A stretch of 17,814 nucleotides of DNA, taken from the NCBI GenBank assembly GCA_049967475.1, contig JBMFSQ010000044.1, forward strand, positions 1 through 17,814, given 5' to 3'. The position numbers were made by a program, and so were the translations under genes. The first letter of the stretch is position 1; each line of letters opens with the position of its first letter. The notes beneath the pieces were generated by a model, which saw only the letters and a list, made by a program, of their open reading frames with translations, was not told the origin of the DNA and searched no databases. The DNA is from Chthonomonadales bacterium (lineage in GTDB: Bacteria; Armatimonadota; Chthonomonadetes; Chthonomonadales; CAJBBX01). Positions 15,677-17,814 of this stretch are shown one piece after another.

Positions 15677-17158
15677 ATGCACACGACACACTCTTGCTGT
15701 ACCTGCTTGAGCCGCAGGGAATGTTTGACGCTCCTTTCCAGTGCCGCATCGGTCCCAGGGCTGGCGGCGAAGGCTCTGAGCGAGCAGACCTCGCAGCGGA
15801 TCTACGAGCCCGGCGGCCCCATTGATCCGGCGGGCCTCCGCCCGAAGCCCAGGGTCCACATTATGGCGGCCATTCTCGAGATGCCCCGCCCCTACTGGCT
15901 GGGCTGGCCGGGCACAGCCTATGATCTGGATGCGCGCCAGAAGGAGTACCTAGCCGATCTCGACAGCTCCGCACACAGGCTGGGCCTCCATGTTGACGTG
16001 GAGCCGAGCCCCATTTCCAAGGAAGATGCCTTCAGCAACTTCCTCGGCCGAGTGAAGAGCGTTCATCCGCACGGGGTTCTGGTGATCCTCCAGCATATGA
16101 ACTGTTGGAATTGGGCGGATCGCCTTGCCCGAGAGGCGGACACGCCTGTGATCATCTTTTCGCCCATTGGAACTTCGTTCACCGGCCATGTGGTGGAGAT
16201 CAGCCGAAGGAAGGGCGTCTATGTCGCCTCCACCCTAGACTGGCGTGCTGTGGAATTGGGCCTCAGAATGATCCGGGCTAAGCAGATGTTCGAGGAGGCG
16301 CGCATCCTGCACATCGTGGGCAGCAGCCGCGGCGACAGCGTCATCGAGACGCTCGGATGCCGGGTGCGGGCGATCCCGAGAGACGCCTTCAATACCCTCT
16401 TTGATCGCATACCTGCAACCAACGAGGTGAAGGCGATCGCTGCAGATTTCCGCCGGCACGCGAAAGCGGTTCGCGAACCCACGTGGCAGGACTCTGTCAA
16501 CTCAGCCCGGGCATTGGTCACTGCCGAGCAATTGATGCTGCAAGAACAGGCCAACAATCTCTCCATGGATTGCCTGGGGATGGTGGGCGCCAAACTCGTT
16601 CCCACTCCGCCTTGCGGTGCATGGACCATCCTCCAAGACCACGGGGTCACCGCCGGATGCGAAGCAGACCTCTTCGGGGCCGTGTCGCTCATGCTCACCA
16701 GTTATTTGCTGGATCGGCCCGGATACATGAATGACCCTGTTGCAGACACGGCCCGCAATCTCCTCGTGACAGCCCACTGCACCTGCGGAACGCGCATCCG
16801 AGGTTTCAATGAGCCCCCGGTTCCTTACATTTTGAGGAGCCACTCCGAATCCGGCCTCGGCGTGTCGGTGCAGGTTCTTTGGCCGGTGGGTCAGCCCGTA
16901 ACGCTCGTACGCTTCACCGGACCTAACGAGCTCCTCGTGGACACGGGGACCGTCGTGGAGAATATAGACACGCCGCCTGCCGGAGGTTGCCGAACCTCGC
17001 TTGCCCTCAAGATGGACCGCATCGAGGACACGCGGGATGTTCTGGGCTTCCACCAAGTGGTGACCCTGGGAGATCACCGGCGGACGCTGGCATCCTTCTG
17101 CCAGCTTTACGGCATTCGCCTCATCCATTCGCCGGAGCGGAGCCCCAGCCCCGCTTGA
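15677..17158 (+). CDS. L-fucose/L-arabinose isomerase-like (FucI/AraA superfamily) protein with twin-arginine-like signal
   Basis: ATG at 15677 after GAGGAGG; N-terminus HSCCTCLSRRECLTLLSSAASVPGLAA. The C-terminal half has SMDCL, PPCGAWTILQDHGVTAGCEADLFGAVSLML, TAHCTC, HSES, GQPVTL, GCRT and LGFHQVVTLGDH, typical of FucI-related proteins. Confidence 0.78.
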   Translation: MHTTHSCCTCLSRRECLTLLSSAASVPGLAAKALSEQTSQRIYEPGGPIDPAGLRPKPRVHIMAAILEMPRPYWLGWPGTAYDLDARQKEYLADLDSSAHRLGLHVDVEPSPISKEDAFSNFLGRVKSVHPHGVLVILQHMNCWNWADRLAREADTPVIIFSPIGTSFTGHVVEISRRKGVYVASTLDWRAVELGLRMIRAKQMFEEARILHIVGSSRGDSVIETLGCRVRAIPRDAFNTLFDRIPATNEVKAIAADFRRHAKAVREPTWQDSVNSARALVTAEQLMLQEQANNLSMDCLGMVGAKLVPTPPCGAWTILQDHGVTAGCEADLFGAVSLMLTSYLLDRPGYMNDPVADTARNLLVTAHCTCGTRIRGFNEPPVPYILRSHSESGLGVSVQVLWPVGQPVTLVRFTGPNELLVDTGTVVENIDTPPAGGCRTSLALKMDRIEDTRDVLGFHQVVTLGDHRRTLASFCQLYGIRLIHSPERSPSPA

Positions 17159-17678
17159 GGGTGTAAGAGCAGGCGCTTTGAAGATTGGGAACCTTGCGTA
17201 CCGTTTCGGCGAAGGGAACGGTAAAGGTGGCGGTCACTTCGCCGTTCTTCACGTCGAGCCTCTCCAGCATGAAGGCAAGGACGGCGCGCTTCTCGGCGAT
17301 GGACACGGTGTCGGACTTGAGCGTTGCGGCAGCCGTGCGCATGGCCCGAAAAATGGCCTCCTGCGCTTCCTGAGGGCTTATCTGCGGGACGTTAGGCTTC
17401 TGTTTCTTGGGTCCGGTAAGGTCGGCCAGTTCCTGCTCTACGGCCTTGCGTTCCTTCCTGATGGCGGCTATGACTTCCGCCATAGCCTCGGCGGAGATGC
17501 CTTCTTCCAGGCGTAGGCTCACAGCCTTGGCTTCCTTCTGCGTGAGGGCGTCAAGCCGCTGCCGCAGTTCGGCGACGCGGGCGGCGTCCTGGGTTTCCAA
17601 GGACGTGCCTTCGGTGGCCTGGCCTTCGATGCTTACGCGAACGTAGACGACGCAGCGGGTGGTGGCGTCACTGGTCAT
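17121..17678 (-). pseudogene. Large serine recombinase remnant: N-terminal catalytic motif fused in frame to the C-terminal coiled coil
   Basis: RCVVYVRVSIEGQATEGTSLETQ matches the YxRVS...SLxxQ serine-recombinase start. It is followed directly by a heptad-rich coiled coil and the tail EKRAVLAFMLERLDVKNGEVTATF. The rest of the catalytic domain, the recombinase domain and the Zn ribbon are absent. RBS AGGAGG. Confidence 0.72.
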
Positions 17679-17814
17679 TGTTGGCGGCCTCCTGGCGCTT
17701 GGCGCGCAATCGGGCGCGGTAGGCCGCTTGGCGTTCGCGGTAGTACTCCAGGCTGCGGCGGTGCGAGTGGGGCTCCGCTTCCGGCGTCAAAAGGGTCATG
17801 GAGAGGGTGCCGGA
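17159..17814. mobile_element. Probable edge of a degraded prophage or integrative element
   Basis: The recombinase remnant points toward the host metabolic genes and overlaps the 3' end of the isomerase-like gene by 38 nt. A small overlapping ORF lies upstream and an inverted repeat at 17191-17228. Confidence 0.5.
17668..17814 (-). CDS. Small basic helical protein, possibly 5'-truncated by the window edge; mobile-element-like
   Basis: Open frame SGTLSMTLLTPEAEPHSHRRSLEYYRERQAAYRARLRAKRQEAANNDQ*. Its stop (17668-70) lies 11 nt inside the recombinase start. Confidence 0.5.
   Translation of the reverse strand, partial: SGTLSMTLLTPEAEPHSHRRSLEYYRERQAAYRARLRAKRQEAANNDQ

Noticed and set aside
1..17814. 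CRISPR arrays, tRNA, rRNA and IS transposases
   Set aside because: No regularly spaced direct repeats, cloverleaf or rRNA signatures, or transposase motifs were seen by eye.

Overview
High-GC bacterial DNA. The gene style suggests Armatimonadota or a similar lineage, but this is inference only. Most of the window is carbohydrate and cell-envelope metabolism on the minus strand. It holds a GH95 alpha-L-fucosidase that runs off the left edge and is absent from the ORF track, an Fe-S aldo/keto reductase, and a 2-oxoacid dehydrogenase E2 plus fused E1alpha/beta with their own sigma70 promoter and no E3 in view. Next is a four-gene NDP-sugar operon (GalU-like, two GDP-mannose-pyrophosphorylase-like paralogues, DegT aminotransferase) under a second sigma70 promoter. 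Then come a divergent CE4 polysaccharide deacetylase, a translationally coupled pair (NPCBM-domain putative glycosidase plus an (alpha/alpha)6-like protein) and a FucI/AraA-like isomerase with a Tat-like signal. The right edge looks like the border of a decayed mobile element, with a large serine recombinase reduced in frame to its first ~35 residues joined to its C-terminal coiled coil. The best unexplained signals are an extensively base-paired ~200-260 nt candidate RNA at 10504-10762, the mini-recombinase with a neighbouring inverted repeat, a leader hairpin plus U-tract before the isomerase, and the apparently exported isomerase. No CRISPR array, tRNA or rRNA was seen, and no novel system can be claimed as proven from sequence alone.
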